IMG/VR virus record: IMGVR_UViG_3300025141_012285
Coordinates: 1 to 64,000 of that record
Strand: one strand, 5' to 3'
Source: a virus
DNA: 64,000 bases
Shown: piece by piece, positions 37,497-48,479 of the stretch
How positions within the stretch are numbered: the first letter of the stretch is position 1
How the letters are laid out: each line of letters starts with the position of its first letter
The notes under the pieces: model-generated
Seen by the model: the letters and a program-made list of their open reading frames with translations, nothing else
Database searches by the model: none
Told to the model about the DNA's origin: nothing
Translations under genes and position numbers: made by a program

Positions 37497-38452
37497 AAGC
37501 GTACATACCAAAATACTCTAATTTTGCAGGTCGGTGGATATACGATGGATACGGAAGAGCATGGGAGAGCTTGGGCTTTGACGTCGCCGAGGAACTAACA
37601 GAAGATCCCGATGGGCTAACTGCCTTCACGAGTCAAATCCCAACCGGCAGAGAAAATTTGGAAGAAGAGTATGTGCTGATGTCGGTTGGAGAGAGTGTTT
37701 TGCAGAACCCTCCTTTGTTTTTAAAAGCGGCACAAAACAGTCACAAAACTTTTATACATGTACAGCCCCACACTTTTCCGGATCCTTGGGGTCGACACCG
37801 CAACTTTGTTTCTCGAATGCCTGATGATATTATAGAGGCACTAACGAGCCTACCGAATGTTCATTTGTGGGCTTTTTCTGATGCGGTAGACATTCCGGGC
37901 CATTACGACAAATGGAAGAAAGTAAATTGCATACCTCTGGCATTTGATTCTATAGGGTACCAGCCCGCTGCAGAGCCGAAATATAAACAGTTTGATGTGA
38001 GTTTTGTTGGCGGCTGGGCAAACAACGGATTCGACGAAAAGAGAAAGATAATCATAGAAACGTTCACAGCGTTTAAAGATTCAGGCCTTAAGTGTGGTTT
38101 TTTCGTAAACAAAAATCTCACACACCAGCAGGAGTGTGATCTCCTTGCCAACAGTAAAATAACTTTAAACATTCATGATGCTTACCAAAGAATCCTTGGT
38201 CATGACACGAACGAAAGAACATTTAAATCTTTAGGATTAAATGGCGCTTTAGTCTCGGATTCTGTAGGACAGTTGAGTAGATTGTTTCCAGACATAAAAA
38301 CATCTTCAGATGCACAAGAGATGGTCGACTTCGTAAAACAGCTTCTATCCTTGTCCGACATCGAACTGAGCGCCGTAAAACAAAAAAACAAGCAAGACAT
38401 CCTAGACAATCACTGTTATACTAATAGAGTGGAGGCCCTGTTAGCCTTATGA
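37493..38452 (+). CDS. CgeB-like glycosyltransferase
   Basis: DVSFVG, SKITLNIH, NERTF, HCYTNR. Confidence 0.8.
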   Translation: MKAYIPKYSNFAGRWIYDGYGRAWESLGFDVAEELTEDPDGLTAFTSQIPTGRENLEEEYVLMSVGESVLQNPPLFLKAAQNSHKTFIHVQPHTFPDPWGRHRNFVSRMPDDIIEALTSLPNVHLWAFSDAVDIPGHYDKWKKVNCIPLAFDSIGYQPAAEPKYKQFDVSFVGGWANNGFDEKRKIIIETFTAFKDSGLKCGFFVNKNLTHQQECDLLANSKITLNIHDAYQRILGHDTNERTFKSLGLNGALVSDSVGQLSRLFPDIKTSSDAQEMVDFVKQLLSLSDIELSAVKQKNKQDILDNHCYTNRVEALLAL

Positions 38453-39192
38453 GGCCCAAAGTAACGATCATTATACCATGTTATAACTCGCAAAAGTGGA
38501 TAGAAGAGTGTGTCACATCCGCTCTCACACAAACCTATGAAAATGTAGAAGTGATTGTGGTCGATAATGAGAGTACGGACGAGAGCGTTAAGATATTAAA
38601 AGAAATACAAGCACATCATCCCGATCTTATTCTATCTTCGGCAGAAAACATTTACCCAAACTGTTGGGATGAAGCCCGGGCAACGGGATACCGGCTAATG
38701 ACTGGGGAATATATGACGGTGATTGGTTCGGATGACTTAATGCATGCAGAATATATACAAAACTGTATGAAGATAATGCTTCAGGCGCCCAAAATTAAAG
38801 CTATTCAGAGTCCCGCCCGCGGCTTTAGTGTCAAAGAAGGCCGGAATACAGACACTGGGATGTTAACCAACAGTTATAGCTCAATGAAACAACTAAAAGA
38901 AGAACTGTTGAAAAAATGTATTGTAAACTCCCCCTCTGTGTTCTATAAGGCTAGTTTGTATCATGACGGCCTACTTAAGACGCTTCCGGAAAAGTACGGA
39001 GGTGCCGCAGATTATGATTTATACTGTCGCTTGGTTGATGATGGAGTGTTTATATATCCTGTACCAGAGTGGCTCGGCTTCTATTATAGATGGCACGACG
39101 AGCAGGCAACGTGGAAAGTCCATAAAGAAGCCATTAACTATGATAAAATGATACAAGACTTTTGGAGAGACAAGTGGAAAGAAAGGATTTAA
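38449..39192 (+). CDS. GT2 glycosyltransferase
   Basis: VTIIIPCYN, VVDNESTD, SDD, ADYDL. Confidence 0.92.
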   Translation: MRPKVTIIIPCYNSQKWIEECVTSALTQTYENVEVIVVDNESTDESVKILKEIQAHHPDLILSSAENIYPNCWDEARATGYRLMTGEYMTVIGSDDLMHAEYIQNCMKIMLQAPKIKAIQSPARGFSVKEGRNTDTGMLTNSYSSMKQLKEELLKKCIVNSPSVFYKASLYHDGLLKTLPEKYGGAADYDLYCRLVDDGVFIYPVPEWLGFYYRWHDEQATWKVHKEAINYDKMIQDFWRDKWKERI

Positions 39193-39833
39193 TAAAAAGA
39201 ATATTAGACATTGCATATGAAAACAAGCTTTCCCACCTAGGAAGCTATTTTTCTAGCGTTGGCATCATCGATGAGATTTATGCGAAGAAAGAAGAAGAAG
39301 ATATATTCATTTTGTCCGCCGGCCATTGCGCTTTAGCACTATATGTAGTGTTAGAAAAGTACTTGAACCACGACGCTAGTGTCTTATTTAAAAAACACGG
39401 TGGTCACCCTCACCGATGCGAAGAAGATGATCTCTATTGTTCCACAGGAAGTTTGGGTATGGGAATCACAGCTGCAGTAGGCAGAGCAATTGCCAATCCT
39501 GATCGCACTGTACACTGCTTGATTAGTGACGGAGAGTGTGCGGAAGGAAGTATCTGGGAAGCACTCCGATTTATTTATGAAAACAATCTGAAGAACATAA
39601 GGATATATGTTAATGTTAATGGTTATTGTGCATATGATACCGTAGATACACGCTACTTAGTCGACAGGCTAAAGGTGTTTCTTCCAAGTATCCATATCAT
39701 TTACACTGAAGTGGGTGTTTTCCCATTTTTAAGAGGGCTGAACGCCCATTATCATGTTATGAGTGAAGAAGATTATAATTCAGCAACGAAAATTTTAAAA
39801 ACAAAGGAAGTAACAGATGTTCAAATCCCCTAA
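39174..39833 (+). CDS. transketolase-like N-terminal (TPP-binding) subunit
   Basis: SHLGS, LSAGH, STGSLGMG, SDGECAEGSIWEA. Confidence 0.9.
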   Translation: MERKDLIKRILDIAYENKLSHLGSYFSSVGIIDEIYAKKEEEDIFILSAGHCALALYVVLEKYLNHDASVLFKKHGGHPHRCEEDDLYCSTGSLGMGITAAVGRAIANPDRTVHCLISDGECAEGSIWEALRFIYENNLKNIRIYVNVNGYCAYDTVDTRYLVDRLKVFLPSIHIIYTEVGVFPFLRGLNAHYHVMSEEDYNSATKILKTKEVTDVQIP

Positions 39834-40425
39834 ATCATGGTTAGCCGATGGTGCCATGGTACAAGAGATCGTTGAACGCCTCAAAGAATGTGAAGGAAAC
39901 TATTTGGAGATTGGTTGCTTTGAGGGGCACACCTTGAAAAGAGTAGCCAAGGCCGTTCCCGAAAGGATATGCTATGGAATAGATCCCTTTTTGGGAGATA
40001 GGTTCGTTGCACCTGCCGAGGTAGAGAAGGAAAATACTCAGTTTATACCGATGCCGGAACAGAAACAGAATCTTTATCAAAATATTAAAGAGCTTAACAA
40101 TATATCTTTTCATGAAACCACAGCAGAGGAATTTTTATCCTCTCACGCTGATGAGGAACTATCTGGCTTAAATATTTCTGTAGTATTCATCGATGGCTCA
40201 CATCACTATGAGTATGTGAGTATAGATTGGAAACTAGCACTTAAGGTTATTGGCCCAAAGAAGGGGTGTGTGTTGTTTGATGACTTTGGGGTTGAAGATG
40301 TACGTACAGCATTTCATGAATGTGCTGCTCATCTCGAAAAAGAAGAATATGGATATGTAGCTAGTGCACCGCCGGCCACTTCTACACGCAGCGAACGCAT
40401 AGCAACTATAAAGGTAAACGTATGA
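39817..40425 (+). CDS. class I SAM methyltransferase (Methyltransf_24-like)
   Basis: LEIGCFEG, GIDPF, FIDGSHHYE, LFDD. Confidence 0.85.
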   Translation: MFKSPKSWLADGAMVQEIVERLKECEGNYLEIGCFEGHTLKRVAKAVPERICYGIDPFLGDRFVAPAEVEKENTQFIPMPEQKQNLYQNIKELNNISFHETTAEEFLSSHADEELSGLNISVVFIDGSHHYEYVSIDWKLALKVIGPKKGCVLFDDFGVEDVRTAFHECAAHLEKEEYGYVASAPPATSTRSERIATIKVNV

Positions 40426-40898
40426 GGCGCGATTTTGCAGAAAGACTACACTTGGAGATGGGTGAAAACAAAGATATCTTCCTTCTAACTGGAGATCTTG
40501 GTTATGGGCTTTGGGATCGTATTCGGATCGACTATGCCGATCGCTTTTACAATGTAGGTTCGTCAGAGCAGCTGATGTTAGGCATGGCAAGCGGCCTCGC
40601 CATGGACGGTAAAATCCCGGTGGTATATTCCATCACACCGTTCGTGCTTTATCGTCCCTTTGAATTTATTAGAAACTACGTAGACCACGAAAAACTCCCT
40701 GTCAAGCTTATTGGCGGAGGCAGAGATCGAGATTATGGCTATTTGGGTTTCTCTCACTGGGCCGAAGAAGACAAGAAGATCATGAGAAACTTTAATAATA
40801 TTAAGACGATACATCCAAAAGATAGTGATGACATGAACCGAGATTTTAAATATATAATAGACAAAAAGACTCCTGTCTACATGAACCTTAAAAGATGA
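40422..40898 (+). CDS. transketolase-like pyrimidine-binding subunit
   Basis: LTGDLG, NVGSSEQ, RPFEFIR, SHWAEED. Confidence 0.9.
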   Translation: MRRDFAERLHLEMGENKDIFLLTGDLGYGLWDRIRIDYADRFYNVGSSEQLMLGMASGLAMDGKIPVVYSITPFVLYRPFEFIRNYVDHEKLPVKLIGGGRDRDYGYLGFSHWAEEDKKIMRNFNNIKTIHPKDSDDMNRDFKYIIDKKTPVYMNLKR

Positions 40899-41803
40899 AA
40901 ATACTTCTAACCATAAATAAAACATACCGCGGACAACCTGATAGCAGCCAGTGGTATGTGTGTGAGCCGCTCGAATCGCTCGGCCACGAGGTTGTCTTTT
41001 ATGATACAGTGGCCGGCGATCCTGCCGGCAATACCTACGACCAAATTATTGAGACGTTTAAGCCTGAGCTTGTTTTTTGTATGCTTACGGGAGACAAAGC
41101 CATCGCACCCTATGAGCCGTGGAACGCGCTAATGAAAGAAACCCAAAGCGGCCGCACAAAAACATTCAATTGGTTTTGTGATGATACGTGGCGCTTTGAC
41201 ACCTTCTCTAAGATTGCGTGCCGTGCCTTCACAGTGTGTTCTACTCCGGAGAGAGATCACATTGAAAAATACAAAAACGAGGGGTATGATAATATTATTG
41301 TTGGAAACTGGCACGCAAACGCCAAATATTTTACCCCCACCGCTCTGGATACACGTAAGTATGCTTTATCCTTTATTGGTGCACCCACGCCCTCTCGGAG
41401 TCAGTTTTTTAACGATAGTAAGATTCCAGTAGAGTTTTTAACAGGCCTGTCACAACAGCAGTTGTTTGAGGCTCATAGCAATAGCCAAGTGGGAATAAAC
41501 CTTTCGGTTAACGACAATGACCCCGACGGAAAGACTCAAATGAAACAAAGGATTTTTGAGGTGCCGGCCGGCGCCGGCGCGCTTTTAACTCAATATCATC
41601 CCGGTATAGAAGAATATTATGACATAGGCACGGAGATACTTACTTTTAAAACCCCCCAAGAGTTTGCTGAACAGGCAATCGCCCTAATGACCAACGAAAA
41701 AATGCTAAAAGAGGTTGCTGCAGCCGGTCACCACAGGTTTTTAAAAGATCATGATTCTAAAGTACGACTAGAAAGAGTATTGCAGGAGATTATGGCAATA
41801 TGA
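40895..41803 (+). CDS. CgeB-like glycosyltransferase
   Basis: WFCDD, LSFIG, GINLS, KQRIFEVP. Confidence 0.82.
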   Translation: MKILLTINKTYRGQPDSSQWYVCEPLESLGHEVVFYDTVAGDPAGNTYDQIIETFKPELVFCMLTGDKAIAPYEPWNALMKETQSGRTKTFNWFCDDTWRFDTFSKIACRAFTVCSTPERDHIEKYKNEGYDNIIVGNWHANAKYFTPTALDTRKYALSFIGAPTPSRSQFFNDSKIPVEFLTGLSQQQLFEAHSNSQVGINLSVNDNDPDGKTQMKQRIFEVPAGAGALLTQYHPGIEEYYDIGTEILTFKTPQEFAEQAIALMTNEKMLKEVAAAGHHRFLKDHDSKVRLERVLQEIMAI

Positions 41804-42645
41804 ACATTTTAATAACGGGCGCCCATGGCTTTTTAGCTAAAGAGATGAAAGATTATTATGAAGATCGAAAAGAGGTAAAGTTGTTTCTTACCGATCGTAC
41901 GACTCTCAACCCTACTGATTTCTTAGATGTACAGAAATTTTTTAACGAAAACAAAGTTGATGTCGTTATCCACGCGGCCGTCCGCGGAGGAAAGAGAAAT
42001 CACAAAGAACATGTAGAAGACATCTTCGATAATGTTAGTATGTTCCAGAATCTGGCATATTTTTCTGATAAGTTCAAATATATGTTCCATTTTGGATCCG
42101 GCGCCGAGTTTAATCGCACACTTCCTATTGATAATGCAAAAGAAACATCTGTTAATATCTCACTTCCCCCTGATTACTATGGACTAACAAAGAATATTAT
42201 TGCTAGAAAGATAGTAAAAATGAATAGCAATATCTATAACTTACGTTTATTTGGATGTTTTGGAAGGCATGAAGAGTCTCAAAGATTATTTCGCTCATGT
42301 TATGATAAGCTTCGGCTTAATAAAGAGCCGACCATCTCTTATGACAAATATATGGATTATTTTTATGCTCAAGATGTAGGACGAGTGATCGATTTTATTA
42401 TTCACGCCGATCACACTGTTCTCCCAAGAGATATTAATCTCTGTTATCCCGAGAAATATACCCTAAGTGAACATGTGGAAAGAATTAAACAATTGACAAA
42501 AGCAGAATCGCAGGTTATAATAGACCACGAAGAGTTAGGTAAGCCGTATACGGGTGAATCAATGACACTTGACTCATTAAATATTGACTTGATAGGTTTA
42601 GACAAAGGAGTAGACGAATGTCTGAAAAGTTGGAGCAAATCCTAG
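41800..42645 (+). CDS. NAD-dependent sugar epimerase/reductase (extended SDR)
   Basis: ITGAHGFL, GSGAEF, YGLTK. Confidence 0.88.
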   Translation: MNILITGAHGFLAKEMKDYYEDRKEVKLFLTDRTTLNPTDFLDVQKFFNENKVDVVIHAAVRGGKRNHKEHVEDIFDNVSMFQNLAYFSDKFKYMFHFGSGAEFNRTLPIDNAKETSVNISLPPDYYGLTKNIIARKIVKMNSNIYNLRLFGCFGRHEESQRLFRSCYDKLRLNKEPTISYDKYMDYFYAQDVGRVIDFIIHADHTVLPRDINLCYPEKYTLSEHVERIKQLTKAESQVIIDHEELGKPYTGESMTLDSLNIDLIGLDKGVDECLKSWSKS

Positions 42646-43955
42646 GACTAGTTTCCGAGTACATTACCGAAAAGCAGGAAAATGAAATATGGACACCCGG
42701 AGAAGACTGGATAGCCTATTCGGGCCCCATTTTCGATGAAAATGAATATCTTGTAGCTGTAAAGCAAATACTTGACGGTTGGATGATTTTTGGCAAAAAC
42801 GCTCGCGAATTCGAGAAAAGGTTCCCCTCAAAACTAGGAAAGCTTTATGGCTCTCTTACTAACTCTGGAAGCTCGGCTAACCTATTGATGGTCGCTGCCA
42901 CAAAGTCGCGACGTTTTGATAGACAGCTGAAAGATGGAGACAAAGTGATTACCCCAGTTGTTTGCTTTCCCACAACTATCAATCCTTTGATTCAGCATAA
43001 TTTGGTACCAGTTTTTGTAGATGTTGAGCTTCCAAGTATTAACTTAGATTTAGACAAAGTAGAAGAGGCTCTAGAAGCAGACCCTGAAATTAAGGGGATC
43101 ATGTTCGCCCACGTACTCGGCAATCCGCCCGATATGGACAGATTGATGGCGCTTGTCGAAAAATACAATCTTGTGTTTTTGGAAGATGCATGCGATGCGT
43201 TGGGTTCTTATTATGATGGCAAGAAGCTTGGCTCCTACGGAGACATGTCAACATGCTCTTTCTTTCCCGCTCACCATATGACAATGGGAGAGGGAGGATT
43301 CATTGCAACTAACAGTCTCAAAACCCGCACTATCCTTGCCAGCATTCGCGATTGGGGCCGTGCGTGTTACTGTAATACCATGAAGCCGGGCAATGTCACA
43401 AGTGAAACCGCATGTGGAAACAGATTTAAAAACTGGCTCCCGGGCCTCAAAGATGCGGTGTACGACCACCGCTATGTCTTCGATGAAATAGGATACAATC
43501 TCAAGCCTCTAGATTTACAGGCCGCAATGGGCCTACAACAGCTCGACAAGCTTCCGATGCTAGATAGTGCCCGCCGAGAGAACTGGGCCAAGCTAAGGGC
43601 TATATTTGAGCCTTATCAACAATATTTCCATATGCCGGTTGCTACGGAGAAGGCGGACCCTTGTTGGTTTGCATTTCTATTAACAATCAACGAAGATGCT
43701 CCTTTCTCTCGTTCGGATATAGTAAACCATCTTGAGGGCCTTAAAATTCAAACACGCTCGTACTTCTCGGGCAATATTTTGGCCCACCCGGGCTACGTGC
43801 ATCTGGCGGAAGAATACGGTGATATGTACGAAGCATTCCCTAACGCCCAGTTGATTACCACAAACTCCTTCTTTTTGGGAACCTATGTGGGACTCACAGA
43901 TGAAAAACTTGAATACATCAAAGAAGCAGTCGATGGTTTCTTTGGGGATCTTTAA
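42618..43955 (+). CDS. rfbH: CDP-4-keto-6-deoxyglucose 3-dehydratase (E1, RfbH/DdhC)
   Basis: NSGSSANL, SFFPAHHMTMGEGG (His at the cofactor site), RDWGRACYC...CGNRF...YDHRY. Confidence 0.9.
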   Translation: MSEKLEQILGLVSEYITEKQENEIWTPGEDWIAYSGPIFDENEYLVAVKQILDGWMIFGKNAREFEKRFPSKLGKLYGSLTNSGSSANLLMVAATKSRRFDRQLKDGDKVITPVVCFPTTINPLIQHNLVPVFVDVELPSINLDLDKVEEALEADPEIKGIMFAHVLGNPPDMDRLMALVEKYNLVFLEDACDALGSYYDGKKLGSYGDMSTCSFFPAHHMTMGEGGFIATNSLKTRTILASIRDWGRACYCNTMKPGNVTSETACGNRFKNWLPGLKDAVYDHRYVFDEIGYNLKPLDLQAAMGLQQLDKLPMLDSARRENWAKLRAIFEPYQQYFHMPVATEKADPCWFAFLLTINEDAPFSRSDIVNHLEGLKIQTRSYFSGNILAHPGYVHLAEEYGDMYEAFPNAQLITTNSFFLGTYVGLTDEKLEYIKEAVDGFFGDL

Positions 43956-44905
43956 TGAAGCTTGTATATATTACCGGCTGTTTGGGTTTCATTGGCTCTT
44001 ATGTAACGCGCCGCTGTTTAGAAAGAGGCTGGAAAGTATATGGAGTTGATAAGTGCACATATGTTGCTAATGAAGCTTTATTAAAAGAGTTCAATGATAG
44101 CTCCAATTTCACCTTTATAAAAGAGGATATCAAGGATCTTCAACACTTGTATGATTGTGACTATGTTATTAACACGGCTGCAGAGTCTCATGTGGGAAAT
44201 AGTATTATCGATTCCCAAGAGTTTATAAACAGTAACATCATGGGGGTTCGTAATCTTTTAGATTTGATAAGAAACAAGCCCGTTAACTGCAACCGCCGGC
44301 CGATCTTTTTTCATTTTAGCACCGACGAAGTTTACGGAGACATTGTTAAAGGAGAACACATAGAAACGGACCTACTTCATCCGAGCAATCCATATTCAGC
44401 CGCAAAGGCCGCTGCAGACATGCTTGTTCTCGCATGGGCTAGAACCTATGATATCGAGTACATTCTTTTAAGACCCACCAACAATTATGGGATAGGTCAG
44501 TATCCTGAAAAGCTAATCCCATTGTCTGTTAAAAACCTGCAACGTGGTAAAAAGATAAGATTACATAATGCCGGCACACCGGTTCGCAACTGGTTGCACG
44601 CCGATGACACAGCCCGCGCCGTGATGACAATAATGGATTCCCAAAAAACTAATGAAATTTATAATGTTGCCGGCGGTTTTGAACAGAAAAACATAGATAC
44701 CGTGATGAAGATCATGGAGGCGTTCTTTGGACACAGCTATTGTTGGGAAGACCATGTCGATTTTTCATATGAAAGAGAAGGTCAAGATGTTAGGTATGCT
44801 TTGAACGATGATAAGTTACGCGCCCTTGGTTGGAAGCCAGAGCACATCTTCGACGAAGAGATTGACTCCACCGTACAATACTATAAGGAGAACTTCATAT
44901 GGTAA
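43955..44905 (+). CDS. rfbB: NDP-glucose 4,6-dehydratase
   Basis: ITGCLGFIG, AAESHV, STDEVYG, YSAAK, NNYG..QYPEKLIP. Confidence 0.9.
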   Translation: MKLVYITGCLGFIGSYVTRRCLERGWKVYGVDKCTYVANEALLKEFNDSSNFTFIKEDIKDLQHLYDCDYVINTAAESHVGNSIIDSQEFINSNIMGVRNLLDLIRNKPVNCNRRPIFFHFSTDEVYGDIVKGEHIETDLLHPSNPYSAAKAAADMLVLAWARTYDIEYILLRPTNNYGIGQYPEKLIPLSVKNLQRGKKIRLHNAGTPVRNWLHADDTARAVMTIMDSQKTNEIYNVAGGFEQKNIDTVMKIMEAFFGHSYCWEDHVDFSYEREGQDVRYALNDDKLRALGWKPEHIFDEEIDSTVQYYKENFIW

Positions 44906-45819
44906 TGCATAAGACTGTACTTGTTACAGGTGGTAGCGGCTTTGTTGGACGCAGATTGGCGCTACAACAGCCCTATTGGACATATCTCTCTTCAAAAGAT
45001 TGTGATTTGACCGATTCTACACAAGTGAGAGAACTATACAATGATTTGAAGCCAGATGCGGTCTTACATTTAGCCGCCCGAGTGGGAGGCATCAAAGACA
45101 ATATAGAAAATCAAGCAGATTTCTTTCATATTAACACTATGATGAATACAAATGTGGTTCATGAGGCCTACAAGGCTGGTATTGAACGTGTTTTGTCTAC
45201 GTTGAGCACATGTGCTTTCCCGGAGAAGATGGAGATCTTCCCTTTTACTGAGAGCAGCTTCTATGACGGACCTCCTGCTAAAACAAATTTTTCTTATGGG
45301 ATGACTAAAAGAATGCTGCATGTCGCGTCATGCGCATATAGAAACCAATATGGATTAAACTATTCTACGTTTTGCCCTTCTAATATTTACGGACCCGAAG
45401 ATTACTTTGGTGCCGAAGCTTCCCACTTTGTAGCAGCCCTCGTTCACAAGACGTGGAAGGCAAAGCCCGGAGAGGCCATAGAACTATGGGGTTCGGGGAT
45501 TCCTCTTAGACAACAACTGTATGTTGATGATTTATGCAAAATAATACCTGTTCTGTTGCAAAACCACAATAGTGACATGCCGGTTATTGTTGCACCCCCC
45601 GAGAACCTTTCGATTCTTGAACTAACGAGAACTTTAACTAAACAAATTGATAAAAATGTGAGATTATCATTTAATGGGAAGCTAGATGGTCAGTTTAGAA
45701 AGGATGGCTCAAATCAACAACTTACACATTTGATTGGGCCTTTTAAATTCACATCGTTCGAGGAAGGAATAATGAAAACATATAAATGGTATACGGAGAA
45801 CCAACAACATGAACAATAA
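44899..45819 (+). CDS. fcl: GDP-L-fucose synthase
   Basis: [37 protein letters not shown]. Confidence 0.9.
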   Translation: MVMHKTVLVTGGSGFVGRRLALQQPYWTYLSSKDCDLTDSTQVRELYNDLKPDAVLHLAARVGGIKDNIENQADFFHINTMMNTNVVHEAYKAGIERVLSTLSTCAFPEKMEIFPFTESSFYDGPPAKTNFSYGMTKRMLHVASCAYRNQYGLNYSTFCPSNIYGPEDYFGAEASHFVAALVHKTWKAKPGEAIELWGSGIPLRQQLYVDDLCKIIPVLLQNHNSDMPVIVAPPENLSILELTRTLTKQIDKNVRLSFNGKLDGQFRKDGSNQQLTHLIGPFKFTSFEEGIMKTYKWYTENQQHEQ

Positions 45820-46798
45820 GCAAAAAACAGCACTAGTGACAGGGGCCACAGGTCAGGATGGCTCCTATTTAGTGGATCTGTTGTTGGATAAAGGCTACAA
45901 TGTTGTTGCCTTGAAGCGACGCACATCTTTGATTAGTACCGATCGCATCGATCATATCTTTAATGATGCTGACAAAATATTAAACTTCTCGTTAGTATAT
46001 GGAAACATGATTGACTCAGGGAACCTCCATCGGTTATTATTGGAATACCAACCTGATGAGATCTATAACCTAGCAGCACAATCGCATGTTAGGGTGTCCT
46101 TTGATACCCCAGAAGAAACAGCCGATATCGTAGCTATGGGCACTTTGCGATTGCTTGAAGCAGTCAGAAATATCTGCCCAAGCGCGCACGTATACCAAGC
46201 GTCATCTTCTGAAATGTTCGGAGATAACCCAGAGAACCCCCAGTCAGAAACCACGCGACTTATGCCGGCTAGCCCCTATGCTTGTTCGAAAGTCTTCGCA
46301 CACAATCTGTGTCGGAACTATCGAGAAGGATACGGAATGCATATTTCCAGTGGTATTCTTTTCAATCATGAGTCTCCCCGCCGCGGCGAAACTTTTGTTA
46401 CACGCAAGATTACGAAGGCCGCGGCCAATATTCGATTAGGGCGCCAAGAGAAGTTATTCTTAGGCAATCTTGAAGCTAAACGAGATTGGGGATTTGCCGG
46501 CGATTACGTCGACGCAATGTGGCTGATGCTACAACAAGAGATCCCAGATGATTATGTTATTGCTACAGGCGAGACACACACGGTAAAAGAATTTCTACAC
46601 GAGGTGTTTAATTACGCCGGCCTAGATGTTGATAAACACGTAGAAATAGATGAAAGACTTTTCCGCCCCCATGAGGTTCCGTTGTTGTTGGGCGATCCCA
46701 CCAAAGCAAAAGAAAAGCTCGGCTGGGAGCCACGTATTAAGTTCAAGGAACTCGCCCACATGATGTATGACGAGGATTTAAAAGCCATTGCAAAATAA
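45809..46798 (+). CDS. gmd: GDP-mannose 4,6-dehydratase
   Basis: [50 protein letters not shown]. Confidence 0.97.
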   Translation: MNNKQKTALVTGATGQDGSYLVDLLLDKGYNVVALKRRTSLISTDRIDHIFNDADKILNFSLVYGNMIDSGNLHRLLLEYQPDEIYNLAAQSHVRVSFDTPEETADIVAMGTLRLLEAVRNICPSAHVYQASSSEMFGDNPENPQSETTRLMPASPYACSKVFAHNLCRNYREGYGMHISSGILFNHESPRRGETFVTRKITKAAANIRLGRQEKLFLGNLEAKRDWGFAGDYVDAMWLMLQQEIPDDYVIATGETHTVKEFLHEVFNYAGLDVDKHVEIDERLFRPHEVPLLLGDPTKAKEKLGWEPRIKFKELAHMMYDEDLKAIAK

Positions 46799-47024
46799 AA
46801 CGCATCCCATAGAAGTGGGCCATATCGTAAAATGGTGGACGCATTATAACGATGATATAGTTCACGAGGCCGGCCAAGGTCTTGTTTTGAACATCAACGA
46901 AATGGAATATCAATCAGTTGCTAGAGACAGTGTAGTCAAGTATAAAAACTTTGACGTATACAGATTTAAATTTAATGATATAATGTCTATAAATCAACAA
47001 CATATAGAATTTTTAAAGGAGTAA
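46788..47024 (+). CDS. small KOW/SH3-like protein
   Basis: IEVGHIVKW...GLVL; start uncertain. Confidence 0.55.
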   Translation: MQNKTHPIEVGHIVKWWTHYNDDIVHEAGQGLVLNINEMEYQSVARDSVVKYKNFDVYRFKFNDIMSINQQHIEFLKE

Positions 47025-47026
47025 AA

Positions 47027-47233
47027 ATGCAGTTATCAAATCAAGCACTCGGGGCCATTATGATGGCACTACAAGAGTCACTATTAAATGAGTTGGATAT
47101 CGTCCCTATTTTGAGCGGCTTTGAACTAACGGCTACAGATAAGGGCCTCGTGGTTAATAACCCACCCAGTGTACGTTTTAGTGATGAATCAGAAATCACC
47201 CCCGCAGATTTAGAAAAGCTAGTGGTCCGGTAA
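47027..47233 (+). CDS. hypothetical protein
   Basis: SD AAGGAG. Confidence 0.75.
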   Translation: MQLSNQALGAIMMALQESLLNELDIVPILSGFELTATDKGLVVNNPPSVRFSDESEITPADLEKLVVR

Positions 47234-47496
47234 TGCCCATCTTTGCTTATCATTGTGAAAGCTGTGATGAAACTACCAAGGTTATGCATCTTATCGGAGA
47301 AGACCCGTTGGCTTGTCCAAAATGCGAAAGCATCGACACTCTGGTAAAATTGCTTAACAAACCCTTTGTTACAAAAAACAAAGGCGTAACGTCCTCCCAA
47401 ACGGGAGAATTGACTAAGAAATTTATTGAGGAAAATAGAAAAATCTTAGAACAACAAAAGAAAGAAGTGAAGGAAAGAAGCCATGACGACTCTTGA
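47233..47496 (+). CDS. FmdB-type zinc-ribbon protein
   Basis: MPIFAYHCESC...CPKC. Confidence 0.85.
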   Translation: MPIFAYHCESCDETTKVMHLIGEDPLACPKCESIDTLVKLLNKPFVTKNKGVTSSQTGELTKKFIEENRKILEQQKKEVKERSHDDS

Positions 47497-47812
47497 AATA
47501 ATCCTTTTAGTAATACTTTTAGTATCAGCCGTGCTTAATATTGGTCTTATATATTATGTTCGCACTGCAATAATTCGTCTTTTAAGCATTTCGGAAGAAA
47601 TGTACGATTTTAAGGAAATGGTAGATTCATTTGCCACTCATATTGAAAACGTATATGAACTGGAAATGTTTTACGGCGATGAGACGTTAGGCGCTCTTAT
47701 GGAGCATGCCCGATCTTTCAACGAACAGTTGGAGACATTTGAATATATTTACGGATTAATAGAGGAAGATGCCGAACCAGAACCCGACAGCGCCGAAGAC
47801 GAAGCGCCGTAA
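47483..47812 (+). CDS. N-terminal TM hypothetical protein
   Basis: hydrophobic N-terminus; ELEMFYGDETL. Confidence 0.75.
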   Translation: MTTLEIILLVILLVSAVLNIGLIYYVRTAIIRLLSISEEMYDFKEMVDSFATHIENVYELEMFYGDETLGALMEHARSFNEQLETFEYIYGLIEEDAEPEPDSAEDEAP

Positions 47813-48479
47813 GAAAAATCATTATTTTACCAAAGATCACGAAAATGCGATCATACGCTACTGCATAACTAATTGCACACGCGAGCGCACTGATCTCTAC
47901 ATTAAGTGGATAGAGCCAGCATTTAATGAAATGGTGGATAAGATTGTTTTTACGTATAAGTTTACTAACTTACCCAACATAGATTCTCTCAGAGACGAAT
48001 GTAAAATTTGGCTCATGACAATCTTGGACAAATATGATCCCAATAAGGGTTCAAAGGCCTTTTCTTATTTTAGTGTTATCACTAAAAACTGGTTTATTCA
48101 CAAAGTAAAGAGGCAGCAGAGAAAGAATAGAACAGAAGTTAACTTTGATAATTTAGCTAAGAATTATGAAGAACGCTACTTATCAACCACTGAGTCATAT
48201 CTTAGCGAAAGAGAGGAGAATGAATTTTGGCTTTTGTTTTATAAAGAATTAAAATCATGGGACACTACGCAGATGAAGGAAAACGATCTGAAGGTATATC
48301 AGGCGATTTGTGTTCTTTTCGATTCTAAAGATGAAATTCAAATTTTTAATAAAAAGGCTATTTATTTATACCTTCGCGAGATTACCGGTTTAAACACTAA
48401 ACAAATCGTTAACTCTCTGAAAAAGTTTAAAAAGAAGTATTACTTCTTCACACAAAATTGGAATAATGGCGCGCTATGA
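47769..48479 (+). CDS. phage RNA polymerase sigma factor (gp55-like late sigma)
   Basis: NHYF...LDKYDPNKGSKAFSYFSVITKNWF matches a sigma region-2 pattern. Confidence 0.75.
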   Translation: MPNQNPTAPKTKRRKKNHYFTKDHENAIIRYCITNCTRERTDLYIKWIEPAFNEMVDKIVFTYKFTNLPNIDSLRDECKIWLMTILDKYDPNKGSKAFSYFSVITKNWFIHKVKRQQRKNRTEVNFDNLAKNYEERYLSTTESYLSEREENEFWLLFYKELKSWDTTQMKENDLKVYQAICVLFDSKDEIQIFNKKAIYLYLREITGLNTKQIVNSLKKFKKKYYFFTQNWNNGAL

